This document shows, one piece after another, positions 1 through 8,074 of a stretch of DNA of 64,000 bases. The stretch lies in the NCBI GenBank assembly GCA_031962025.1, contig JAVRKW010000007.1. One strand, 5' to 3'. Positions within the stretch are counted from its first letter, which is position 1. Every line of letters begins with the position of its first letter. Under the pieces are notes generated by a model, which worked only from the letters and a program-made list of their open reading frames with translations, was not told the origin of the DNA and did not search any database. The DNA is from Pseudothermotoga sp. (GTDB lineage: Bacteria; Thermotogota; Thermotogae; Thermotogales; DSM-5069). The position numbers were made by a program, and so were the translations under genes.

Positions 1-96
1 ATCCCTATATCCTGGTAAGTCACACCATGTTGAAACGGGAAGCCTAATCTCCTTAATGGGAATCCTATCCCATTTAGGGGATTGGGAGGAGGTCAA
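1..96 (+). mobile_element. Probable right end of an IS200/IS605-family (tnpB-type) element; body lies left of the window
   Basis: GAAGCC runs into a 19-bp imperfect hairpin (43-86), then AGGAGGTCAA (87-96). This resembles the GAAGCC-hairpin-GGAGGTCA layout of IS605/IS1341 right ends. No transposase in the window. Confidence 0.6.
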
Positions 97-124
97 GGTG
101 TATGTTATTTCAAAGATGTCAGAA

Positions 125-190
125 AGGAGGAAAGAGCGCATTTTTTGTATCTTACAGAAGATGGAATTGACTGCGCTGAATTTTGATGAA
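125..190 (+). repeat. Copy 1 of a duplicated structured 5' leader (SD-hairpin-start codon)
   Basis: 56 of 66 aligned positions match 26719-26783 (manual alignment). Stems AGCGCA/TGCGCT and ATCTT/AAGAT. Confidence 0.85.
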
Positions 191-632
191 TCAAAGGGCG
201 ATTGATCTGTTTGAAAAAGGCTTGAACTGTTCGCAATCAGTTTTTGTAGCTTATGCACCAATATTTGGTTTAGATGAAAAAGTGGCTTTAAAAATCTCAT
301 CTGCTTTCGGTGGTGGTATAGCCAGATTGGCGAATGTCTGCGGGGCTGTTTCTGGTGCTCTTATGATAATCGGATTGAAAACAGGTGGAGACATAGAAAA
401 TAAAGAGCAGACATATTCTCTTGCAAGAGAGTTTGTTGAACGATTTAAATCGGCTAAGGGTTCTATATTCTGCAAAGACCTTCTTGGTTATGATATAAGC
501 ACTGCTGAAGGTTTGCAAAAAGCAAGAGAAAAGAACATTTTCAAAGTAATCTGTCCTGAGTTTGTGAAAGAGTCTTGCAGAATACTTGATGAACTTCTCG
601 ATTTTGATGAAAAATCAAGCGAGAATTTGTGA
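186..632 (+). CDS. C_GCAxxG_C_C family putative redox protein
   Basis: NCSQSV, FGGG..VCGAVSG, IFCKDL and a C-terminal CPEFV motif. Confidence 0.85.
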   Translation: MNQRAIDLFEKGLNCSQSVFVAYAPIFGLDEKVALKISSAFGGGIARLANVCGAVSGALMIIGLKTGGDIENKEQTYSLAREFVERFKSAKGSIFCKDLLGYDISTAEGLQKAREKNIFKVICPEFVKESCRILDELLDFDEKSSENL

Positions 633-640
633 ACGATATT

Positions 641-1318
641 TCAGTGAACCTGTTGATTTATGATCTTTCCATCTCTTATAACCACAACGCGGTCGGCTCT
701 TTTTGCTATACGCTCATCGTGGGTAACAATCACCAGTGTTGTACCGTGCTCAACTCGCATTTTATCAAGCAGCTCGATCACATTGCTTCCCGTTTCAGAG
801 TCAAGGTTACCCGTTGGCTCATCTGCCCATATCACACTGGGTTCATGTACAATTGCTCTGGCTATCGCCACTCTTTGCTGTTCGCCACCAGAAAGCTGTG
901 ATGGGAATCTATTTGCTTTATTCAAAAGTCCAACTTTTTTCAACATCTCCCGTGCACGTTCTGTCGCTTGCCTGTGGTTTATCCCCAGTATTTTGAGCGG
1001 AAGTTCAACATTTTCAAGAGCCGTGAGAACAGGAACCAGGTTAAAAAACTGGAAGATAAAACCCATGTGCTTGGCTCTGAATTTAGTTTTCTCCTCTTCT
1101 GTGAGAGAATGGAATGCAATGCCATCAAAGATGATTTCACCTCGTGTTGGAGAATCTATCCCTGAAAGGCAGTTCAAAAGAGTGGTTTTTCCAGAACCAG
1201 ATGGTCCAAGAATTGCCATGAATTCACCATCTTCTATTGTGAGATCAATACCTTTGAGCGCCTCTACCTGGTTTTCTCCTTTTCCATAAATTTTATAAAG
1301 CTCTTTGATCTGTATCAT
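641..1318 (-). CDS. ABC exporter ATP-binding protein (LolD/MacB-like)
   Basis: GPSGSGKT, LSGGEQQR, WADEPTGNLD, VTHD. Confidence 0.92.
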   Translation of the reverse strand: MIQIKELYKIYGKGENQVEALKGIDLTIEDGEFMAILGPSGSGKTTLLNCLSGIDSPTRGEIIFDGIAFHSLTEEEKTKFRAKHMGFIFQFFNLVPVLTALENVELPLKILGINHRQATERAREMLKKVGLLNKANRFPSQLSGGEQQRVAIARAIVHEPSVIWADEPTGNLDSETGSNVIELLDKMRVEHGTTLVIVTHDERIAKRADRVVVIRDGKIINQQVH

Positions 1319-1329
1319 CCTTACCCTCC

Positions 1330-3831
1330 TCATTCGGGTGCTCTCAGTGCTTCAGATGGGTTTTTCTGAGCAAAGATCACAGGCAAAAACACGACAGTTA
1401 CTATGACAACATATATTGCCACAATCATAACAGCAAAATACCACACTGGAAAGACAAACTGTCCAGAACCAAACAACGTAAAGATCAATCGCACAAGATC
1501 TTTTGATTCCAAAAAACCGGCAAAGGCACCTATTGCAATCCCCATTGAAGACATGATCACATTTTCTAAGACAAAGGCAGTACCAATGTCCCTGGAGCTC
1601 ATGCCGATTGCCATCAGAGTGCCAGAGAGTCTTTTCCTGATTAGCACACTGCGCAAAGCGTGAAATGCTATGCCACTGAAGCCACTTATCAGTCCAAAAT
1701 AAAGCAATGCAACACCTGTTTGTACAAGAATATCAATGCCTGAAAACAGTCTGTTCAGTTCTTCAGTTATATACACGGGAAAGTCAAGTTTCTTTGTATA
1801 GAATTCTTTTATCTGTGAGACCATTTGCGGCTCAACCTTTCCAAGGATCACAGGAATGACTCTCACGTTTTTCGGCATACTGTTCGTCGATGCAATGTAT
1901 TTAACCGGAACCATCAGTTTTCTCATGTCAAAGGTGTCGATGACCTGAAAGCTCATAGTCTCACTTTCACCGATTCTAAAAGGTGATTTCACAGTACCTG
2001 AGATTGTCGATGGCTTTTTTTCTTGCTGTGAAACATGTCCAACAACAACTGTACCTGGCTGCAAGAGTTTTTTTCTCCACTCGGTATTTGTTTCAATAGA
2101 AACAACAGCTTTTTGTAAAAAACTGCTGTCAACAAAAGCTATCAGATCGTCCTCAAACTGGGCTATATAAACCTTGGCTGGATCTTTCAAAGTATCTACA
2201 GAATCTATTTCTCCCTTTGCAAAGACCAGTTTCAACGGGTTGTAAACTGCCATGAAATTGTAGCCGAAAAGCCCTGTTTTCAGTCGCTCTTTCAAGAACT
2301 GTTCAACGTTGTATGGGATCGTCATGACAATCACCATCATGAAGATGATCAGGCTGAACATCAGAGTAATCACAAAGGTGTTTTTCCTGTACCGATCCAC
2401 GTAAGAGAGTGCAATGAAAGTAGAAACTGAACCTTTTTTCGAAAACCTCGAGAAAACCTTTCTCAATGGACTGACGATTGACAAAAATACCAAGCAACTA
2501 CCTATGAAAAATCCCAATCCTCGTTGCAAGATCTTCCACACACTCACAGATTCAGCTGGTGTGGAAAAATATAGAAAGATTATCAAAGATATGCCCACAA
2601 TAAAACTGAGCAAAGTAATCACAGTTGATGTGATAGACGAAACTTTTTGTTCTTGAATTCTCAGCATCTGTACAGGTGGCTTTCGAGTTATGCTGCGTAT
2701 TTTGAAAATGAATATCAACAGTGGAAATATCAAACCTGCAAAGATGCCGATCACTATTGTTTTAGGAGAAATATATAGAGCAAGCTGTGAAAACCCTGTG
2801 CCAAATCCACTGGTGAAAGTACTGGTAATCGTCTGCAATTTTTGAAGCAGAAAGTTTCCAAGAAAAATTCCAATCACACTACCCACAAATCCGGCTATGA
2901 GTAAATAAACCATGCCCTCAAGGATGAGTATCAATGATATGTGTCTGGCTTTCATTCCAAGAATTCTCAATGTTACCATTGTGGTATTTCGCTCTTGAAC
3001 AAAACTCTGTGCAAACAGGTAGACCAGTACAAAGGCTGCAATCATTGAAAAACTGCTAAAAGCGATTGTCAAATATCCAAGGGCTTTGCTCACCGAGGAA
3101 TTTGCAAGACGTGATTTCATACTGACTGAATTTACACCAAGTTCTGTTTTCAGTTTTTCTACAAAAGCGTCATGCTGGTCTATTGGCATCTTAAGGCTCA
3201 TATAAATTCTCGTTGGAAATGCCACAATGTTTTTGAGATAGTCTCTGCTCACAAAAACCGTGCCGGTATACTGCAAATTCTCTCCACGAAAATTCAAAAA
3301 GCCTTTCTGACCTATCTGCGCAACTCTTAACTGTATTTCTCCTCTTGCGATATTCAGCGTGATGGTGCTGTCTTTGGAAATATTCAAAAAATCTGCAAGA
3401 TCCTTTGAAATGATTGCATTACCGCCGGAAAGTAAAACCGGTGTTTGAACAAATTTTTCCAGATCCTCTGGCTCAACACCTATGATAAGACAGTCCTGGA
3501 ATTTCGAGCCGTACTCTATTCGTCCAAGTGTTTCGGCAACAGGTAAAATAGACGAAATATCTTGCTTAACGACTAATTCATCTATGATCCTTTGATCCAA
3601 TGGCATTTTGAAAAAGATGTTGTTCCTTCTATTTTCAACATAAGCATCTGCTACACCAAAGTTTGCTGAAAAGCTTTTTTCTATGTAACGACCAACAGAA
3701 TCGTTCAGAGAAAGCCCACCTACAAGAAGCATCGAAGGAACACCTATACCAAAAATCAGAACAAAAACCGATTTGAACCTCACAAGGAAGTTTCGAAAGG
3801 CTATCTTGAAAGCTGTTCTAAACAGAACCAT
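1330..3831 (-). CDS. ABC exporter permease, FtsX/MacB family, two repeated halves
   Basis: 833 aa with two ER..LRxLG-type motifs and two TM bundles; adjacent to a LolD-like ATPase. Confidence 0.8.
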   Translation of the reverse strand: MVLFRTAFKIAFRNFLVRFKSVFVLIFGIGVPSMLLVGGLSLNDSVGRYIEKSFSANFGVADAYVENRRNNIFFKMPLDQRIIDELVVKQDISSILPVAETLGRIEYGSKFQDCLIIGVEPEDLEKFVQTPVLLSGGNAIISKDLADFLNISKDSTITLNIARGEIQLRVAQIGQKGFLNFRGENLQYTGTVFVSRDYLKNIVAFPTRIYMSLKMPIDQHDAFVEKLKTELGVNSVSMKSRLANSSVSKALGYLTIAFSSFSMIAAFVLVYLFAQSFVQERNTTMVTLRILGMKARHISLILILEGMVYLLIAGFVGSVIGIFLGNFLLQKLQTITSTFTSGFGTGFSQLALYISPKTIVIGIFAGLIFPLLIFIFKIRSITRKPPVQMLRIQEQKVSSITSTVITLLSFIVGISLIIFLYFSTPAESVSVWKILQRGLGFFIGSCLVFLSIVSPLRKVFSRFSKKGSVSTFIALSYVDRYRKNTFVITLMFSLIIFMMVIVMTIPYNVEQFLKERLKTGLFGYNFMAVYNPLKLVFAKGEIDSVDTLKDPAKVYIAQFEDDLIAFVDSSFLQKAVVSIETNTEWRKKLLQPGTVVVGHVSQQEKKPSTISGTVKSPFRIGESETMSFQVIDTFDMRKLMVPVKYIASTNSMPKNVRVIPVILGKVEPQMVSQIKEFYTKKLDFPVYITEELNRLFSGIDILVQTGVALLYFGLISGFSGIAFHALRSVLIRKRLSGTLMAIGMSSRDIGTAFVLENVIMSSMGIAIGAFAGFLESKDLVRLIFTLFGSGQFVFPVWYFAVMIVAIYVVIVTVVFLPVIFAQKNPSEALRAPE

Positions 3832-3840
3832 CCACTTCCC

Positions 3841-4401
3841 TCATTTTTGAGATTGTTTTTCTATGTATATTTTCGTATCTGTCTCATCATCCATGACAAT
3901 CACGTGATAACCACTTTTACTGCAGTAACTGATAATTCTTTCTTTAGAAAGGGGATAATCCACTATTACAAGCACAGTCTCTCCATCTGCCAGTTTTTCA
4001 AGTTCTCTTCTCACAGTGAGTTCCGGTATGGGGCAGACTTCACCTCGAAAGTCAAAGATTTTTTTGGGTTTGAAAAGTTCATCAGCATCTTTTTTATAAT
4101 AAACATTTTCGGATGCGGGCATTTCTCGCTTGTTTGATACAAAATTGATGGCTTCTTCAATAATTCTGAGCATGCGTGCGGATGAAAAATCAAATCGATC
4201 GCCATCTGGAGTTTTTACGATCGAAAGAATCCCACGGCGATGCATTTGCATGAGATATCTGTAAGCCGTTGAAAGATCGACTCTTAGTTTCTGCGCAACT
4301 TCATTCGCAGTTAAACAGCTGTCAAGAAGGAGCGTCAGTATTTCGAGTCGCTTTTGGTTTGAGAGTATTTTGAAAAGTTCGACCAGATCAGACCTTTTCA
4401 T
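3841..4401 (-). CDS. ArsR-family HTH regulator fused to a TusA-like sulfur-carrier domain
   Basis: N-terminal LFKILSNQKRLEILTLL wHTH; C-terminal DFRGEVCPIP...VIVDYPLS TusA motif; start taken at MKRSD. Confidence 0.85.
   Translation of the reverse strand: MKRSDLVELFKILSNQKRLEILTLLLDSCLTANEVAQKLRVDLSTAYRYLMQMHRRGILSIVKTPDGDRFDFSSARMLRIIEEAINFVSNKREMPASENVYYKKDADELFKPKKIFDFRGEVCPIPELTVRRELEKLADGETVLVIVDYPLSKERIISYCSKSGYHVIVMDDETDTKIYIEKQSQK
4327..4359. repeat. Arm A of a perfect 33-bp inverted repeat (inside arsR-tusA)
   Basis: AAGGAGCGTCAGTATTTCGAGTCGCTTTTGGTT is the exact reverse complement of 6935-6967. Confidence 0.95.
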
Positions 4402-4422
4402 TTTCAGTTCATCATCCTTGGT

Positions 4423-4447
4423 AAAATGCCGCGGTTTCACCGCGGCA
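4423..4447 (-). terminator. Intrinsic terminator/stabilising hairpin between dsrH and arsR-tusA
   Basis: Minus strand TGCCGCGGT-GAA-ACCGCGGCA-TTTT. Confidence 0.65.
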
Positions 4448-4473
4448 ATGATCTTGTACTATATTTTAACACA

Positions 4474-4737
4474 TTAACCTATGAACTGTGGTTCAGATTC
4501 AACAATTTCGATAAACTGCGAATAATCGATCAAAGGTACCTGTGAATCTTTTTCATCATAACCCCTTGCCAGAAAATCGTCCTTTATCGCGAATGTTTTT
4601 GCTTTTGTATCGACCTTTTTCAGTGCCCAGAAAACGCCGTTTTGAATGAACACTATCTTATCCTCTGCTCTGGCGTTTTCGATTTTCAGTTTTTCGATCG
4701 GATGGTCTGTCCCGTATTTGACAAGTATCAACGCCAT
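4474..4737 (-). CDS. DsrH/TusB family sulfur relay protein
   Basis: 87 aa; FIQNGV, DDFLARG and IDYSQFIE motifs. Confidence 0.85.
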   Translation of the reverse strand: MALILVKYGTDHPIEKLKIENARAEDKIVFIQNGVFWALKKVDTKAKTFAIKDDFLARGYDEKDSQVPLIDYSQFIEIVESEPQFIG

Positions 4738-4746
4738 CGTATCACC

Positions 4747-5109
4747 TCACATGAAAATGACATAGTCAAAATCGTGGAGAAAATCAGACAATTGATCTTT
4801 GTCCATCAACTGCGCCGAGAATTTTTCTTCCAGTTCTCTGACATTGAATTTTTCAAGATCCTGCTTAACTGCATAGACTTTGGTCCCGTATCGCTTTATG
4901 TAATTGTGACAGATAGAAAGTGGCAGCAAACCAAGAGCTTCGGGTTTGGTATTCTTCGACAGTGCAACACAAGCTTCGTTCAGAAGAAGAACACTTGGTT
5001 CGAGATCCTCTCCATACATTCCAAAAGCCGTTCTAAAAGCTTCATTCACCCATATACTTCCCACTGGAGATTGGTAGGCAACAAAGAGCAATTTTTTCAT
5101 CTTTCCCAC
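4747..5109 (-). CDS. DsrF/TusC family sulfur relay protein
   Basis: KKLLFVAYQSPVGS..EAFR motif; lies between dsrE-like and dsrH-like genes. Confidence 0.8.
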   Translation of the reverse strand: MGKMKKLLFVAYQSPVGSIWVNEAFRTAFGMYGEDLEPSVLLLNEACVALSKNTKPEALGLLPLSICHNYIKRYGTKVYAVKQDLEKFNVRELEEKFSAQLMDKDQLSDFLHDFDYVIFM

Positions 5110-5110
5110 C

Positions 5111-5467
5111 TCAAGCCATCAGGTTTATGAATCTGTCGGTAGTGGCAAGAAGACTCGCCAGTTCCGGCAGACCACTTGGTCTTGAACCATCTACGATCAT
5201 ATCTTCTTTTATTCCCCTGTAATCCATGCAGATGCCACAGATGTCAACTCTCAACTTACCAGAACTGATCATATCCTTCAGCTTTTCAGGGATATTCCTG
5301 TCTATTCTGATCGGTTTGATATTCTTGTTCACACAGATCACAGAATCTGCGAACAAAAAGAGAGTTACTTCATGTCCTCTGTTAACAGCCGCTTCAGCGA
5401 TTTTTATTGCCGTGTCTATATCCTCATAAGTGTAAGGTTGAACCATCGCCTGTATTGTTATCTTCAT
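5111..5467 (-). CDS. DsrE/TusD family sulfur relay protein
   Basis: QPY..A...A.AA...GHEV.LFLFADSV and ICGICMDYRG. Confidence 0.85.
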   Translation of the reverse strand: MKITIQAMVQPYTYEDIDTAIKIAEAAVNRGHEVTLFLFADSVICVNKNIKPIRIDRNIPEKLKDMISSGKLRVDICGICMDYRGIKEDMIVDGSRPSGLPELASLLATTDRFINLMA

Positions 5468-6465
5468 TGTGATCTCTCCTTACCAAATAGAATCCAAGCC
5501 ATTGTCCAGTTACCGAGTATGAAAAAGATCGAAGCTATGATTGAAGATATTGCAAGCTGAGGTACCCCGGTCAGGAAGTGCCCTATATTGCATCCATCAG
5601 CTGTTGCAGCACCAAAACCCATCAGAATTCCACCCACCATGACCTGCAGATAAGTTTTTGGACTTTTAGGCATTCGCAGTTTGAATTCTTTTGCGGCGAG
5701 TGAAGAAACAAGTGCTCCAAGTATTATGCCTATTATCTCTGCGCCTTCCCAGGACAGAGGTTTTTTGTTCGTATAGACACTGAACAGGTTGACCCATCCA
5801 CCTGTGATACCAAGCCCGTAATTTCTTCCCGCTTTTGCACTTGTCCACCAGGCGATGGGTGCAAGTATCGCTATGAGAATTGCGGCAACGACCCAATTCA
5901 ATTTGGTTGGTCTTTCAGAAGTCTTGGTTCCAAATGCGTACCACATCAACAGAGCCGCAAAAATTAAAACAGCAATCCACGGATTGATATTCAAAACGCT
6001 CGCTATGGTTGGTCCTGTTTTTGGAGCATAAACTGACTGGCTGTTCTGCACCGTTATGTTGAAATTCGCAATCCACTTTTTCCAGGGTGAGAAAAGACCG
6101 GAACTTGTTGCGTACGCAGTGAGTCCGTAAAAAATGGCAGCCATCCATGCAGTTGTCATACCTTCACCGGATCTGTAAGTCACACCAGAGGCACAACCAC
6201 CTGCCAGCACCATTCCAAGTCCGAAGATATAACCGCCAAGAATATTTGCTATCCAGTTGAGAGGCTTGGGATTGAGTGCAATCAGTCCGAACTGTGCAAA
6301 CAAAAGTAGAGTGATCGATTCAAGAGCGAGTGCGAGAGCCGCGAGCTTCATCAGGTAATTGTCTTTGAAAATCAGTGTATCTCTGAATGCTGAGTTGAAG
6401 CAAATCCTACCGCGTTGAAGAATTATTCCGAATATGAATCCTATCAAGAGCCCTGTCCAGACCAC
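5464..6465 (-). CDS. YeeE/YedE (TsuA-type) thiosulfate/sulfur transporter
   Basis: LQRGRICF, LAGGCASG and ADGCNIGH cysteine motifs; multi-TM. Confidence 0.9.
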   Translation of the reverse strand: MVWTGLLIGFIFGIILQRGRICFNSAFRDTLIFKDNYLMKLAALALALESITLLLFAQFGLIALNPKPLNWIANILGGYIFGLGMVLAGGCASGVTYRSGEGMTTAWMAAIFYGLTAYATSSGLFSPWKKWIANFNITVQNSQSVYAPKTGPTIASVLNINPWIAVLIFAALLMWYAFGTKTSERPTKLNWVVAAILIAILAPIAWWTSAKAGRNYGLGITGGWVNLFSVYTNKKPLSWEGAEIIGIILGALVSSLAAKEFKLRMPKSPKTYLQVMVGGILMGFGAATADGCNIGHFLTGVPQLAISSIIASIFFILGNWTMAWILFGKERSQ

Positions 6466-6480
6466 AGAGACCGCCTCCTG

Positions 6481-6720
6481 TTATTTGACCTTTATGTATA
6501 TCTTCCATTCACTTTTTCCAACTTCTTCAATTTCCAGAACTTCATGTCCCAGTTTCTTGACCGTTTCAGGTATTCTTTCTTTGGACATGGGATAGTCAAT
6601 CCACACCTCCAGAATTTCTCCAGATTTCATGTCCTTCAAAGCCCTCTTTGTTTCAACATCTGGAACAGGACAGACCTCTCCACGAACATCTAAACTTTTT
6701 GCCACTTGGTACTTTGCCAT
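6481..6720 (-). CDS. TusA/YeeD family sulfurtransferase
   Basis: LDVRGEVCPVP motif; SD AGGAGG before MAKYQ. Confidence 0.9.
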   Translation of the reverse strand: MAKYQVAKSLDVRGEVCPVPDVETKRALKDMKSGEILEVWIDYPMSKERIPETVKKLGHEVLEIEEVGKSEWKIYIKVK

Positions 6721-6791
6721 ATTTCCACCTCCTATTTGTGAAAAAAGTATCATTTTCTAAAAAAAGGTTATCCTCTCTTGGTGAATTGACA

Positions 6792-6809
6792 TTGGCATAT
6801 ATATTACAA
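6792..6809. promoter_or_regulatory. Imperfect palindrome, candidate operator of the ArsR-TusA regulator
   Basis: TTGGCATATATATTACAA (14/18 self-complementary), about 70 bp upstream of tusA. Confidence 0.45.
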
Positions 6810-6934
6810 CTTGGTAAATCTGGAAAGTGACATGAAGAAAGTTCTCTGTTTCACTGACAAAACTTGCCGCTGTGGTTTTATGCATGACATTTCCAGGTCT
6901 TTGCAGGCGAAATTTAGGCTGAATACCTATCAAC

Positions 6935-6967
6935 AACCAAAAGCGACTCGAAATACTGACGCTCCTT
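6935..6967. repeat. Arm B of the perfect 33-bp inverted repeat (intergenic)
   Basis: AACCAAAAGCGACTCGAAATACTGACGCTCCTT is identical to the arsR-tusA coding strand (NQKRLEILTLL). Confidence 0.95.
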
Positions 6968-7066
6968 TGTAATTCATCCTGATGAAAACTTTTTGCAAGT
7001 GCCATGAACATAAACGCTATAAAAATTTTGAGGTTGGTGCAAAACGATGTGGATGAATTTTATCGA

Positions 7067-7092
7067 TGCAATATAATGTACCTTATATTGCA
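7067..7092. promoter_or_regulatory. Perfect 10-bp inverted repeat, candidate transcription-factor site
   Basis: TGCAATATAA-tgtacc-TTATATTGCA. Confidence 0.5.
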
Positions 7093-7219
7093 AACACATT
7101 CACCATATATACACTTCAACAGACTTGCCTGGCAAATCTCAAACGTAATATTCTATTTTTCGACTTTTCATATCTATCTCAATCTGGTGTAATGAAAAAC
7201 TGGTTTGATCAGCTATTGG

Positions 7220-7771
7220 ATGATGGACCGAATAGCAATTCTTTCAGACCAAGTACTCAAATTGTATGAAGAACTCAATCAGATTCAAAAATCTTTTCCC
7301 TCCTGCGATGGTTGCAGAGAATGTTGCAACACGCCTGCGTACAATATAGAAGCAACTGTTCTTGAATTCATACCGCTGGCAGTTCACTTTTCCCAGGTGA
7401 ATCTTTTAGATAAATGGCTTGACAGAGTTGAGCAGGCCACAGAAGAAGATATCTGTGTACTGTTTGATCCTGATAATTCAAAAGGTGGCTGTACCTATCA
7501 TGCGTTTAGACCTCTAATCTGCCGTCTGTTTTCAGCAAGTCTGGTAGTGAGAAAAAATATCATACAGCCTTTGAGTTGTAGATATCTTCGCAATAATCTC
7601 ATGAGCCACATTGCTGAGTTACCAAATGCTCAGGATTACTTTTCAAAACTTTTATCCATAGATTTCTTCCTTGCTTCATCAAGGTATCCAATCAACACCG
7701 CTTTGAAAAAAGCTCTTCAATACGTGGGCTTGTACTATACCACGGGAAAATTCACACGCCGTTCAGCATGA
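7220..7771 (+). CDS. YkgJ family cysteine cluster (CxxCxxCC) protein
   Basis: CDGCRECC, CVLF, CTYHAFRPLICR. Confidence 0.85.
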   Translation: MMDRIAILSDQVLKLYEELNQIQKSFPSCDGCRECCNTPAYNIEATVLEFIPLAVHFSQVNLLDKWLDRVEQATEEDICVLFDPDNSKGGCTYHAFRPLICRLFSASLVVRKNIIQPLSCRYLRNNLMSHIAELPNAQDYFSKLLSIDFFLASSRYPINTALKKALQYVGLYYTTGKFTRRSA

Positions 7772-8074
7772 CCGACAAAACCACTCATTGATCGACCTAT
7801 GCTTGATTTTTCAATTTTATTATTAATTGCCAAGTACAAATAATTTCTATAATTCAAAATGATTTTTTAATTTTTATATACTTTTATGATCTTTTTAGAT
7901 TTTGAAAATCATAAAAGAAATGCATCGCCAATAACGAAAATGCATTTTGATAATCACTTTTCAATTTAATACCACCTGCATAATACAGCCTTGGATCACT
8001 TTGTATTTGCTCACCTGTTTTTGAAAAAGAAAAAGATAGGACACAATCTGAAAAAGGAAGATCTCTTGGAAGGA

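Noticed and set aside
660..1289. 209-aa plus-strand ORF (and similar antisense ORFs at 17181, 18042, 39482, 52098, 61937)
   Set aside because: Antisense shadows of well-supported conserved genes.
6945..6990. Hammerhead ribozyme (GAAA … CTGATGA)
   Set aside because: Stem I and the NUH site cannot be formed with the required geometry.
6900..7010. The 33-bp copy as a self-targeting CRISPR spacer
   Set aside because: The two flanks are not repeats of each other, do not resemble GTTTC…GAAAC-type repeats, and there are no cas genes in the window.
6757..7011. 84-aa minus-strand ORF
   Set aside because: No recognisable motif or SD; it overlaps the repeat arm and the probable promoter region.
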